DNA of 64,000 nucleotides, taken from the NCBI GenBank assembly GCA_973851085.1, contig OZ316775.1:9486001-9550000 (forward strand), given 5' to 3'. Shown here piece after piece: positions 39,827 through 52,755 of this stretch (its first letter is position 1; each line of letters begins with the position of its first letter). The position numbers and the translations under genes were made by a program. The notes below the pieces were generated by a model. It was given only the letters and a program-made list of their open reading frames with translations. It was not told the DNA's origin and made no database searches. Source of the stretch: Ptychomitrium polyphyllum (taxonomy: Eukaryota).

Positions 39827-41856
39827 ATGGCGCAAGCAGCAACAGCCTCAGCTCCAGGCGCTATGTGTGCCTTTGCATCTTCCCTCGCCGGCAATGTTTG
39901 CTTCAAGGCATCGTCTGTAAATGTGGCGTCAAGGAGGCCGCAGCGGAAACGCTCGATGATAGTCCGAGCTTCCGAAGGAAGCGAAAACGCTAGTGTTGGG
40001 TTTGCTAAAACGGAGACGGGCATCTTATTTGAGCCATTTGCTGAAGTACAAAGCCAGCTTGTCAAGGTCTCGTCTGCATACTTCGAGTCTCTGGCTCGTC
40101 AAAGATTCTCTCCCTCCTGCGAGGCTGCGATCAATGATCAAATCAAGTATGAACCTCGAAGCGCCTTTTAACGTCTTTGCATCAATTTTCTATTAAAGCT
40201 CTTGTCTTAATTTTCATTCCTACTTTCAATCTTTAACTTGTTTGTTGGACCTAGTCTTTATTGAGTTTTATTGATTTTGCAGTATCTGGTTGTATAGCCT
40301 CTCCTACTCTAAGCGTCATTGCTGTGCCCTGATTTCATTTTTTATGAATGCAGCGTGGAATACAACGTATCATATGTCTACCACGCATTGTACGCGTACT
40401 TTGATCGTGACAATGTCGGCCTTCCAGGGTTTGCCAGGTAAGTTATAGTTCATGCACGAGATGCCTATTCCATGATATCGTTATCTTTGAAAACTATTTT
40501 ATTACGTACATACTGAACGATTATGTTGTGGGCCTGAATATAGGTTTTTCAAGGAAAGTAGTGATGAAGAAAGAGAACATGCCGAGAAGCTGATGAAGTA
40601 CCAGGTACGACTACGATAATAGTTCTTCCAAGTACTTTTCTTTTTTACCGACTCTTGTTGCACTGGTTTAGTAGTGCGACCCGAGTGTAGTTACTCCTTA
40701 CTTAGTGTTTTCTGTATGTGGTAAGTGGATGCTCGTGATAACTAAGCGACTTGTTTCAAGCAGATGACCTATCTCACTAATATACTGTTTTCTTGCTGAA
40801 ACAGAACAAGCGTGGGGGAAGAATAAAATTGAATACCATATTGTCACCAGTCATGGAATTTGATCATGCTGAGAAAGGCGATGCTCTTTACTGTAAGCGT
40901 CACCATTATGTTGAAGATGGTATTTATCTCGTGTTTACTAACGACTCTCTTGGTTGGGGAGTAGACTGAAATGTTTAGTACGTGCGATTAGTGTTAATTC
41001 GGTTCTCTTTTTATGCAGCTATGGAGCTTGCTCTTGCTCTTGAAAAGCTCGTCAATGAAAAATTGTTGTCACTTCATCAGGTAAACGGGTCATCTACGAT
41101 TTTCCCCACGTCGAATTACTTGTTCTTCCTGCACGTCAGAAGGACTAGAGAATTTATTATACTATTGTTGTTGAGCAAACATATTTTCTATTGTTGGTTT
41201 CTGAGCAGCTATTCATCTGTGTAGGTAGCTGTGGACAACAACGACCCTGAAATGTGTGATTTCATTGAAGGAGAATATTTGAATGAGCAGGTATAACTTT
41301 CTCTCAGTTTGGATGATGTCATCTGAACCCTCTTTTCGTTGTTGATGCGCTCATCATCAATCAATTTATGTAAGTGTATCTGTTTTCTAATTACCTTGAG
41401 TCCGTTACGTCGGTCTGAAGTACTGTCGTTCAACTGGGATGTTGGCCGAGTTATTCATCAGCATACTTTCGTGGCTAAAAAGCTCCAGAGATAAAGTATC
41501 TTTAATTTGTTTGTCAGACTCGTCTGGAGTAATTCCTTTGCACACTCTGCATTGCTAAGATTTATGCTCTGCTACTATCAGGTGGAAGCTATCAAAAAGA
41601 TATCAGGGTACGTGTCACAGCTGAGGAGAGTCGGGAAAGGACATGGTAAGTTAGAATCTCCTGCAATGCAAGTTGTCATTCGAACAAAAAGTTTGGCATT
41701 CTAGAGATAACCATTTACTGTTGCTGTTGGTTTCCACCAGTTTCTTATCTTACGGTTTCAGTGAGCACAGATGTTTCCTTTGTGTGTCTTGAGTATTTAT
41801 CGTGTCGTTTGAATATTGCAGGAGTGTATCACTTTGATTTGCAGCTGCAAGTGTAA
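39827..41856 (+). CDS. FER: Ferritin precursor (plastid-type), 259 aa; exons 39827-40146, 40354-40437, 40544-40604, 40805-40892, 41019-41080, 41225-41290, 41582-41645, 41822-41856
   Basis: Transit peptide, [30 protein letters not shown], ferroxidase [30 protein letters not shown]; the 8-exon plant ferritin layout sums to 780 nt. Confidence 0.97.
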
Positions 41857-43579
41857 ATTGACTGGGAATTGACGCCTAAGCGAATCACGACGCCACTGAA
41901 CTGTCCAGGCTTCCATCTGCTCCGGTGAAAGTAGTACTATATTCTACCGTGCTGTAATATTTGGGTTGACCAAGCCGGTGTCTCGAACTGAAGAGTTGAG
42001 CTAGCTGTTCAAAGGCTTCAATTTTGATAGAGGTATCTAGTACATAATAACGAACTCAAATTTTGTGAAGCATGAACCGACAATTGGCCGATGGATGTTT
42101 CACGCTCAGAATTCACTGTCGGCAGGTAGTGTTATACTACCAATAGATTTTTGTGACTCGAATGCCAGGAGTAACAAATTTTCCAACAAAGCTTGTGTAA
42201 CTCCTGTCTAATACAAACTCGTCCTTGTAGAGAGCTTAATGTTTCTTTTCTTATTTCCTGAATTGAGGATCGTTCAGTCATGCATGAGCCAAATGAAGAA
42301 AATTGATAAATCAAGTACGTTCCCTTCAGTACGTTTAACTGCTCTTAATGAATTCAATGAACTAATCTGACGTCTGGCAAGGCTATTTTCCCTTTGATTT
42401 ATCATTGTGCAACCCTTCAGTAAACCACCGATTAGCAAATCTGAATGTGAACACTCCGTAGAAAAAACGCCACGACAGAATTTACCTGTGATTAAAAATT
42501 GTGTAATGTCATTGCCTACTGTATGTAAGTTTTTTTACTTTTAAATTACGTATGCCTTTAAATCTGCATCTGAAATTTTGGTAAGAGGTGGATGTCCAGC
42601 TGTTGCAAGTGCTTGTCAATTTTGATGCATCGGCAGCGTGAGGGGAGTGTTGTGTCGCTTGCAATGGGGTTATCCTGGAGAGAAGGTGGCCTAAGTGATT
42701 GATTGTCAGGAGCTGCTTTGCACTTTTAAAGCGCGGTAGTCCATAGCTGCTGGTAGGCAGAGGATGTGGCCAACTACTACAAGGCTGTGACAATGTTTGA
42801 TCCTTGTGCTAGGATCAAACTAATGGCTAGTTTAGGGTCATTTCAAATTGACAATACTTTGACATATAGAATAGGTGACTTGGTTGACTTAAATTGTGTA
42901 ACAAGCAAATGAAGCATGAAGAGGCCGTTGCATTCAACACCTGTTTGTTGAACCAAGTTTTTATGAACTTTTTATAGAATGTCCAATTTCCCTCCACTAA
43001 AATCTGTCATTGGTACTTCATGCCCACATCTCCTATGCTTGCCTTTGCTACCTCAATTCTTTTTTGGCCCAAGACTAGCTAGCACAATTCTTTTCTTTAG
43101 GGTAGCCAAGCTTGCCTTATAATTGAAATTAAGTAACTAAGTAGAAGTATTTGTGCTTAGGATTAGCTAGTTAGAAGTGGTATTCTAAAAGCTCCTTCAC
43201 TAGCAATAAAAATTCCTTACCAAAATACTACTTTAGACACAATCTTTGCCCAACATTTGTTCAAGAGTTGGACAGCATCCCACTCTTTAAAGGAAGCTTG
43301 CATTTGTAGCACCTCCATGCAATTACAGCAAAGACATAAAATGCATGGATACCAAGTTGCAAGACTGTTCAGATCGAAGCAGCAACACGGGCGAGGTATG
43401 CAACTGCAGAGTGCACACCTATTTTACCTTGCAAACCAAACGCTATTGGTACAGACTCCAGCTTAGAGCACTAGGTCAATTTGGTTACAGTAGGCCAAGC
43501 AAGTTCAGGGTGTTAGTTTGTTGTTCAGATATAGAAAACATATATCAATTTTCAGGAACATTGTAGCATTGTGAAGAAT

Positions 43580-44655
43580 ATGAAGAATATGAAGTTGGGC
43601 GTTATTGAAGCGCTCCCTCCGCCCGTCCTACAAGACATACTCACCCTGGGACGATTGGAGCGGTGGATCTAGTTAGTTTGGGTACGTCTGCAAATTTGTT
43701 TCGTGCACCGAATGCAAATGAGCCTTGTGGATTCAAGTCCATTAGAGAAGCAGCTGCGCATCACTGTTGTGAGATGCATCATGTGTTTGGAAGTCTCCCC
43801 TCTAGTGCACAATTGAAACTTTTGGCGAAATGCGAGGATAATTGAGAACTTGCGACACTCGACTTGCGCTGTATGGAAGCTGTAAGCATTACGATTTGTT
43901 GTGCAATTTGTTTGTCCCAGAAGGGCTGAATTAATACCTTTTCTTTTCTATCAATTTTTAATCCAAAATAATGCTTTTCAAAACCAAACTTTCCTACCTT
44001 TGATCTCTGCATCATTAAATTGCCTCTCAAGATGCTGTCAACTGTCTTCGTTGCCGATTTGAAATTGGTTAGAAACAAGACTGCAGGTTCTCACACTCAT
44101 GGTAAACGGAACGTGGGAGTTATACGCATGTGGAAAGGGAAGCGCCATACTTAGACTAGGCCAGGCTTCGACAAAGACATTAGAATCTCCGAGGATAATG
44201 TCGTTGCCAGCAATTGCGAAAAGTTACAGATTACTGCGAGTTTTAAACATGCTTCTTTCGTCACTGAAACTGGACGGGTGACCAAATTCTCTACTCTGGA
44301 ATTGGCTCTTTGTGGGAAGATATTTGTTCTGTTCTGAAACATAGATGAAGGACCAGCTGAGAGAATCCATGGGGCTTCAGAATTGACACATCTTCCGTAC
44401 ACGTATACACATTTGGCGATAACGCATCCAGTTGCTGTGGGATTGGAATGTGGGCTGCCGAGTAGAAGACAGTACTGAAACTTACTCATGTAAGAAGTCT
44501 TCGGAACATTACTTGCCAACAAGTAACGACGGGCTAGACTTTGCGATGTTTACTCATATCCTAAACGTGTTGAGGATGGCGGGTTTCATGATCTCTTTAT
44601 TGTTTCTGTTATTGCAGGGGACAACCATTCAGTAGCGATTGACTTTTCTGGACGT
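43580..44655 (+). pseudogene. RCC1-repeat (UVR8-like family) pseudogene with F-box-like N-terminus
   Basis: IEALPPPVLQDILTLGRL/AVDLVSL...CEDN* (frameshift near 43660; TGA at 43843 where Trp is expected), then RCC1 repeats AGSHTLMV...LYACG, QITASFKHASFVTETGR, VYTFGDNASSCCG and VSVIAGDNHSVAIDFSGR, with further stops and shifts. Confidence 0.78.
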
Positions 44656-45524
44656 TGATGAAATTCAGTTCCATTCTACCTTTGAGACTTCTCACTTCTT
44701 CCACTGCATTGTATATGATTTTGATGAATTCTCTTGAATTCTATTGACAACACATTGTCTGAGTGAGACCTGCGTTGCCATAACTCGAATGTGATAATAC
44801 CACTCAAACAAGAAACCGCTCTATTATCGAGAATCACAAAGGTTGCCTCTCGCTACAACCGTGTAGAAACAAAAAAGGAACCAATTTCGTTCTTGGATAC
44901 AATTTTTCAATACAATTAAGAATGGTGTGGGACGGTGTCAAAAAATCTGATTTAGACACAGCTGTTGAGACATTCACCGACGTAATATCAGGATTCGAAC
45001 GAGCTACATACGAGTGGGGTGCTGTAGCTGCCTTTCGATTACTAGTAGACGAACGACGCTGTCGCAATGTGTAGAATTTCTATGGGTTCGTATTGCACCA
45101 ATATTAGTTCCAAGTATCACCTAGCTTGGAAGAGATTGCAACGACAGGTCAATTTACTGTCAAAGCAACAAAGTTCAATTCAAATCATAGTATGATCAAA
45201 TTTCGTTTACAACAAGAGCAAGATTATATGTTTAGGTGTCCCGGATACGAAGACATGAACGTGCATGCACAATCTGTCATAATTCTAGGTTCTCACATCC
45301 TTAAAATTGATTCAGGAGACATTGTGGTAGTTTTCAGTCGCAAAATTTGTTCAATCATATTGTCTGAATTCAGATCAAATTGCGTAAACAGGGTTCATAA
45401 AATCTCACTCTGATACCTGGGGAGGTAGCCATTTCTCCACAAACAGTTGCAAATACTACTTACAGGAAATAGCCGCTACAAAATTTCAACGCCCCTTCCA
45501 TAGTACAGAATCTCAATACAACAC

Positions 45525-47825
45525 TTAATCGACCTCCTCAATTTTAGGGCCAGCACCGCCCGCACCACCAGCACCGTCGGTATCATAAGATGGAGCACCA
45601 CCCTCGCCGCCTCCAGCACCTCCCTGGTACATACGAGCGATGATGGGGTTGCAGATGCTCTCCAACTCCTTCATCTTGTCGTCGAACTCGTCACTCTCCG
45701 CCAACTGGTTCTGGTCTAACCAGTGAATAGCAGCCTCGACTACGTCCTCAATCTTCTTCTTGTCCGCACTGTCCAAGTTCGAAGCAATCTTCTCATCCTT
45801 GATCGTATTCCTCATGTTGTAAGCATAATTCTCGAGGCTGTTCTTGGACTCAATTTTCTTCTTATGGTCTTCGTCCTCAGACTTGTACTTGTCCGCATCC
45901 TGTACCATTTTCTCGATCTCGTCCTTCGAGAGACGACCCTTGTCGTTCGTGATCGTGATCTTGTTCTTCTGTCCCGTCGTCTTGTCCTCGGCAGAGACGT
46001 TCAAGATACCATTCGCATCGATGTCAAAGCATACCGTGATCTGGGGCACTCCACGGGGAGCAGGGGGAATACCAGACAATTCGAACTTGCCCAACAAGTT
46101 ATTGTCCCTTGTCCGCGCCCTCTCACCTTCGTACACCTGAATCAACACTCCGGGCTGGTTGTCGGAATAGGTCGAGAACACCTGCTCCTTCTTCGTCGGG
46201 ATAGTTGTGTTCCTCGGAATCAATACCGTCATCACACCTCCAGCGGTCTCGAGACCCAAAGATAAGGGAGTGACATCCAACAACAGCAGATCCTGCACCT
46301 TCTCGTTACCCTCTCCCGATAGAATAGCAGCCTGCACGGCCGCTCCATAAGCCACAGCCTCATCGGGATTGATGGACTTGCACAGCTCCTTGCCGTTGAA
46401 GAAATCCTGCAGCAGCTGCTGCACCTTCGGGATACGGGTTGATCCACCCACCAATACCACGTCGTGGATGGCAGCCTTGTCCATCTTCGAATCTCGTAGG
46501 CACTTCTCGACGGGTTCCATGCACTTTCTGAACATGTCCATGTTCAGCTCCTCGAATCTGGCACGGGTGATGGTCGAGTAGAAGTCCACACCTTCGTACA
46601 AAGAGTCGATCTCGATCGTCGTCTGGGCAGTGGATGATAAAGTCCTCTTCGCCCTCTCGGCCGCTGTCCTCAGTCTTCGCAGAGCACGGGGATTGCTGCT
46701 AATGTCCTTCTTGTACTTTCGCTTGAACTCTTGTACGAAGTGATTCACCATCCTGTTATCGAAATCTTCTCCTCCCAAATGAGTGTCTCCGGCAGTGGCC
46801 TTCACCTCGAAGATACCTTCTTCAATGGTCAAGAGAGACACATCAAAAGTACCACCTCCCAAGTCAAAGATCAGCACGTTCTTCTCGCCCACCGATGTTG
46901 CCTTCTTGTCCAAACCGTAAGCAATAGCAGCGGCAGTTGGCTCATTGATAATACGCATCACGTTAAGCCCAGCAATCACTCCAGCATCTTTCGTCGCCTG
47001 CCTTTGCGAGTCATTGAAGTAAGCGGGAACGGTCACCACGGCGTTCTTGATCGTAGAACCGAGATATGCCTCAGCAATCTCCTTCATCTTGATCAAAACC
47101 ATGGACGAAACTTCCTCAGCAGCGAAGGTTTTCTCTTCGCCCTTGTGCATAACACTGATCATCGGCTTCTCTCCGGCTCCGGGAGTAATCTTGAAAGGCC
47201 ATAGCTTCATGTCACTCTGTACAGAAGCATCGCTAAATCGCCTCCCGATCAACCGCTTCGCATCTGCATCACGAAACACATGGTCAGAATCATACAAACT
47301 CTCAAAAAAACTAGGTCCCTTACCTCACCATACAAAAGCTTTACAGCGGCCTTACGAAACAACATCACAACACTCTCAGATGCATCCCCATATCCAAACT
47401 CACATGAGAAGCTATCATCACACATGAACACCGACACGAAACAACCGAAAACTTCCGAGAAGAAATAAGAAACAAAATATACTAATACTAAAAAACCCCA
47501 CATCTTCAAGAGTCTCTAACCCTAACGGAACCACAAAACAACTCCAAAAAGACAAGATCTTCTCCAAAAGAAGCCATCACAAAAACAAATATGCGAGGAA
47601 TGAATACATACCGAAAACAGTATTGGTCGGGTTCATGGCGACCTGATTCTTCGCAGCATCGCCAATGAGACGCTCGCTATCGGTGAACGCAACATAACTC
47701 GGCGTCGTCCTATTACCCTGGTCATTGGCAATGATCTCAACGCGGTCATGCTGCCACACTCCTACGCAACTGTAGGTTGTCCCCAAGTCGATGCCGATGG
47801 CAGGACCTTCGCCCTTGCTTGCCAT
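45525..47825 (-). CDS. HSP70: Cytosolic HSP70/HSC70, 650 aa; exons 47825-47612, 47263-45525
   Basis: [39 protein letters not shown]-terminal GPKIEEVD; single phase-1 intron after TVF. Confidence 0.99.
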
Positions 47826-48210
47826 GGCAAGCAACTTGCAAAGTAACGGATTCTCCAAAGATATGAGTTCTCAAAGCAACACTAAGCAGAGCCACTAGAT
47901 CAGCGACCAAAGAGTGAAGTATGAAAGATGAAGGATGCAACGTGCATCCGAGCTCTAAGTATCAAAGCTCACTAGTTCAAGATGGCGGCCGTTACTGATC
48001 TTTTTAGGGCAACGGTCGCATGTACCGGCTCCAATACCCGCCACGCGCAGAACACACTACCCCAATACAAACAGGTCGTCACGGTAATATCACCTGCGTA
48101 TCGACGATACATCATCTAGGTATTGGTGTGACTCATGCTCACAGACTCGGTGGGGACAGTGGTTCCTGTTGCCAGCGTGTCCGACCTAATGCATGTCAGC
48201 GGCGCAGGGC

Positions 48211-48380
48211 ACCTTCGAAGGTGAGGCCAGTTCGTTTCTTGGTGGTGAACTTTCGGGCGGCCGACAACAGGTGAGCGTAGTGACTGGTGCGTCGTCGGCC
48301 ACCGTGTGTGACCTAATCCCTGTCAGCGTCCTCGAAGGTTCGTCGAAGGTGAGGTGGACTGAGGTGGTTTTCCGGGAATT
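48211..48380. promoter_or_regulatory. Imperfect heat-shock-element-like GAA/TTC arrays upstream of HSP70
   Basis: accttcgaaggt palindrome, GAAggTTCgtcGAA and TTCcggGAA; no perfect three-unit HSE. Confidence 0.3.
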
Positions 48381-51300
48381 GATTGAATTTATGAAGGCCG
48401 ACAATCGGTTAGTGAGTGAGCGCTGTTGATGGTGCGTCGTTTCTGCTAGGAAATAGAATAGGTCGGAGCTAACCGAGTGGGAAATGTAAGTGATTGTTCA
48501 TGTGGGTGAAAATATCGAATATCAAACATATGTCAATGTATCACAGAAATAATGAAAACTATATTTGGAATAAAAAAATGAAAAAGGGTTCATTTAAACT
48601 TATTTATCCTATTATGAAACCAATTATACGTGAAAAATAGGTATAATTGTTACTTTTTAGCCTTGATTTTAATGTTCTTTCATAAATGGTTAAGATATTA
48701 TATTTAATTAAATATTTAATTAATAATAAGAGGTTGTTGTTGTGGATTTTTGGATTTAAAATAAAACAATGTTGAACTAAATTAGAGCTATTTTAAATAA
48801 AGTATTTGTTATAAGAAAAATATAACATTGAAGATTCAAATAGAATTTTGTTGCACAAAAAAATCATGGATAAGAAATACAAAGAAAGATGGATAAAAAA
48901 GAATGGAAAGTTTTAAAAGATATAAAACCACAATAACATACACATATTATATAATTTTTTATAATATTAATTGAGTAACACTAGAATAATTCTAACAACA
49001 AACACTATATATATAATGAATACAAAGTTCAAATATAGGTAAAATTGAGGTTTCATTTTGTATGGCATCTTTAGAATCTTTATTCTTATACTTTTAAAAT
49101 AAAAACCTACAACTTATAAAAAGCTTATAAGCCAAATTTGGATGAAGTTTTAACTTTTTTATTACAAATAAAAAACAAAGTAAGTGGATAATTTATAAAA
49201 AGATAAATTAAACAAAGTCCAATTTAATTAACTCATTTCAAAGTGTTAAAGCTTTGCACTGTTATTTACAACCATTGATGGCTTAAAGAAAATTTAAAAA
49301 TTTCATCAATTTGGAACTAGTCTTATTCATTGTAAATTAAATAAAAGATTTCTAAATTATTTCATTTTATAACATATGTATTATTTTGAATGTGATCTTC
49401 TTGCTTATTTTATAATCTTGTATTATAAATAAAAAAATTCTAAAAAACCTTGTGTATAACCAATTCCAATACTAAAATATGAAACAAATTTATTTGTTTT
49501 CAAAAAATTTACAATTAGTTCATGTTACATCAAATATTCAAATAATAATAATAATGACAATTTTAATAATATATTTTTAAAGTACATCATAATTTTTAAA
49601 TGTTCCTTATATATATTATGATTTTTATTAGTCTTTCTATCATCAAATATATTCTTTGGAAATTCTAAATTTTTGATAAAATTTGTAATTTTTATTTTTA
49701 ATTAGAATTAAATTCCTTAAAATCATATTATAATATGAAATTCAATATTACATGGATATTTTAGCCTTTTTATTGTTATTGATTTTAAAAACTTGTTAAT
49801 AAAGATAAACTTATATTCTTCAGTAAAAAAATATATATGGTTTTTGTGCTTAATGAGTTCTTAATGCGTATTTTAAATCAAAGTTTCATTCTTTTATAAA
49901 CTTCAGGTTATTATTTTGAGAAAAATCAGGAAAAAACATTTCATATTTATCTTTTTTTATTGTTGTGATTTAAAAATTAAAAAAAAAAACAAAATGAAAC
50001 TTATTTTTATTGTAATTATATGTAGCTGAGAATTTTTAAAACTAAAGGTTTTACACAAGTGATATATTTATAAAGAAATAGTCACATTTTTGCTTATTAC
50101 CTCTTGACAAGATAAAAGCTTGAGGCTTAAATATTCAATAATTTTTTTAACATGATAATTTTTGTTATGAAAATTGCAACTTTTATTTGTATAAAAATGA
50201 AAGGTTATAGTGCTACCTTGTTGTATACTTGATTAAAAGTTGTAAATATAAATTTAATTATATTATTCAATAAAAAAATAAAAAACTCCATAATATGTAA
50301 TTTTTAGTTCTACATGGCACCTTCTTCATTAAATCATTAAATAACTTGTTTTTTACTTATTCAATATACAAGGTTTAAATGATATTTATTGGAAATTAAA
50401 TATTATATATAGGATACAATTTTTTTGAATTATTCTAAAATACTCTACTTTGACAATATAAGCAATTAATAGGAGGTTTGAATTTTATAAAAGGACCTAC
50501 TCAGTTATAAAATAAGATGCAATATTTTTTTTCTTTTTAAATTTTTTTTTCACATTAATTAGAGTATAATTAATGTAAAAGAAATAAGAGCATTCTGTAT
50601 TCAATAATAATAATATTAAATCCTTCATGATGAATGGTAATTGGTTCAATTGATTATAATAGCAATAGTGCTAAAATAGAAGTGACTTTCTATAGGAATC
50701 TATATAACACTTGTGACAAAGTAATATTATTTTGATGAAAGTTTTATTTTAAATTTAGAATTTAGAATTTAATTATCACCAAATTTTTTAATAGTCTTTT
50801 ATTTTTATTATTTTATTATTATTTTAAAATTGTATAGGTGTACAATTTCAAGTGTCATATCTTTATTCCATTAAATAAAAGTTGAAAGAAACAATTAATT
50901 TGAAATTAAGACATGTATAAAGAAGTAAACAACATGATAGCTAAATGTTTATAATATTCTACAAATTTTAAATAAAACTTTGTACAAGTTTCAAAAACAT
51001 ACGTATAAGCAATACATTCAATTATACCTTAAAAGAATAATTCAACTATTTATAAAAACACAATACATATTTAAATTAACAATATTCATCTAAAACAAAT
51101 TCAAAGACAATCAAAACTTTGTATTTGCATTCTAAATAATCATGAATCTCATTAAGGTTATAATTAAGCATTATATTGAATCACATGCAGAGTTTTGGCA
51201 ATTTTTAGCATTTTACAATTGAATAGATTAATACATTTATTATTTCCTTATACAAAATAAAAAAACATGTCTAAATTCCTTTATATCCTATTTCAGATGT

Positions 51301-51538
51301 TAACCTCAATTGCTAATTCTACAAACAATAGTAAATGTTCAAAGCTTAAAATTAATATATATTAGACATAGTAACACATTCAAGCACAAACATAAAAGAA
51401 AAGACGTCAGTTCCATCTTATGGAAATGTAAAGAAGATAAAGAAAAATCATAATTTAAACCAACAAGCCTTCATTTGTTGCCAAAAAAAAACTGCTTTTG
51501 TAATAATGAAGTCATACAAATCCTAGATGCTTATGTAG

Positions 51539-52077
51539 TATTAGAGACAAAAGAAACAAGAAGCAGAAACAAAGTGTTTCCCAACAATTAGCTTCCAAAG
51601 AGATAAGGATTAATAAGAACTTGATACAAAGACTAGAACAAGGCAAGATTCAAGATGATCCACAACTTGTGTTGGCAAAATTAAGGAATACCTTGTCTTG
51701 CCTCCTATTTATACTATGATAACCTACTTCTAAAGAAGCTTTTTACAAGGCTTAAGAATGTTTTAGAAGTCTAGGGAACCTTCCCAAGAAGTTTCCTAAG
51801 ATGTTGGAATCTTCTTTGGAAGTTTCCTAAGATATTGGAGCCTTCCTTGGAAGTGTCCTAAGGTAGCGGAATCTTCTTAGGAAGTTTTATAAGAAGTTTC
51901 TTGAGATGATGGAACCTTTCTAGGAAGTTTCTTAGGTGGAGGAACTTTCCTAGAAAGCTTCCTAAAAACATGTAAAGGTTATGGAGACATTTAAAAGTAT
52001 TCTAAGAAGCTATTATAGTATATTAAAAGATTCTAGAATGTTCTAAAGACTATGTTGAATGATCTATGACCGTAACA
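51539..52077 (-). repeat. 3' LTR (539 bp)
   Basis: Homologous to 57414-57872; abuts the PPT (minus strand tggagaggtga|TGTTACGG). Confidence 0.9.
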
Positions 52078-52132
52078 TCACCTCTCCATTTATTGACAAG
52101 TTCCATGAGGAGCTCTTTTCATGGCTTGCTTG

Positions 52133-52591
52133 TCACATTTCTACAAATTCCAAAATTTGTCGAAGGAGTGAAGCGACATATTCTGCTCGTTGTTCTTTGT
52201 TCACTAGTTCAACTGGTCCTTGCAAGAAGCGTCAATGACCACCAGCCAAGACTTCTGTTATTGAAATGTTCCATCCTAAGATCTGATATTGATTAAGTCC
52301 TTCAAAATATCCTTCAAATAAGATCTCGGGTGTTCCAAGAGTGACTCTTCCAATTTCTAACAAGATGACTAAAGCGCGAGCATCTGAATCAAGATTGGAA
52401 TGTGAAGGGCGACTAGCCAATACTCCTGCACAAGGTCATACTCGACATTGGAATGTTCTTCTCATATCTTGGCTTAGATCCTCCGTTACTGAAGGCTGGG
52501 AAAGTTGAGTTGGCTCAACAAATGCTATTGTTAATGAAGGCATGGTCGACTGCTCTTCACGCATATTTGTGATAACATAAACATTTGACAT
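52133..52591 (-). pseudogene. Extra ORF of the retrotransposon (153 codons, two internal TGA), function unknown
   Basis: One frame from ATG 52591 (MSNVYVITNMREEQ...) to TGA 52135-52133, broken only by TGA at 52438 and 52234. Confidence 0.55.
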
Positions 52592-52755
52592 TCTATCTAG
52601 GATCTAGAAATGATCTATCTTGGAAATAATGCTACATACAATTGGAGGTTTGGATATTTTTCCTTCCTTCTTATACTTGTTTATGAAGGAAAAACTTCTC
52701 TGTGAAGTTAACGACTATTGATGACACGTCATCAATGACCTGATTTTTGAGGATA

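Noticed and set aside
42795..42820. 10-bp perfect hairpin gtttgatcct/aggatcaaac
   Set aside because: Too short to distinguish from chance; no supporting context.
45525..47297. ORF-track HSP70 start MYDSDH
   Set aside because: Lies in the intron; exon 2 begins at 47263.
45723..47427. Long + strand ORFs antisense to HSP70
   Set aside because: Expected shadow of HSP70 codon bias; no independent motifs.
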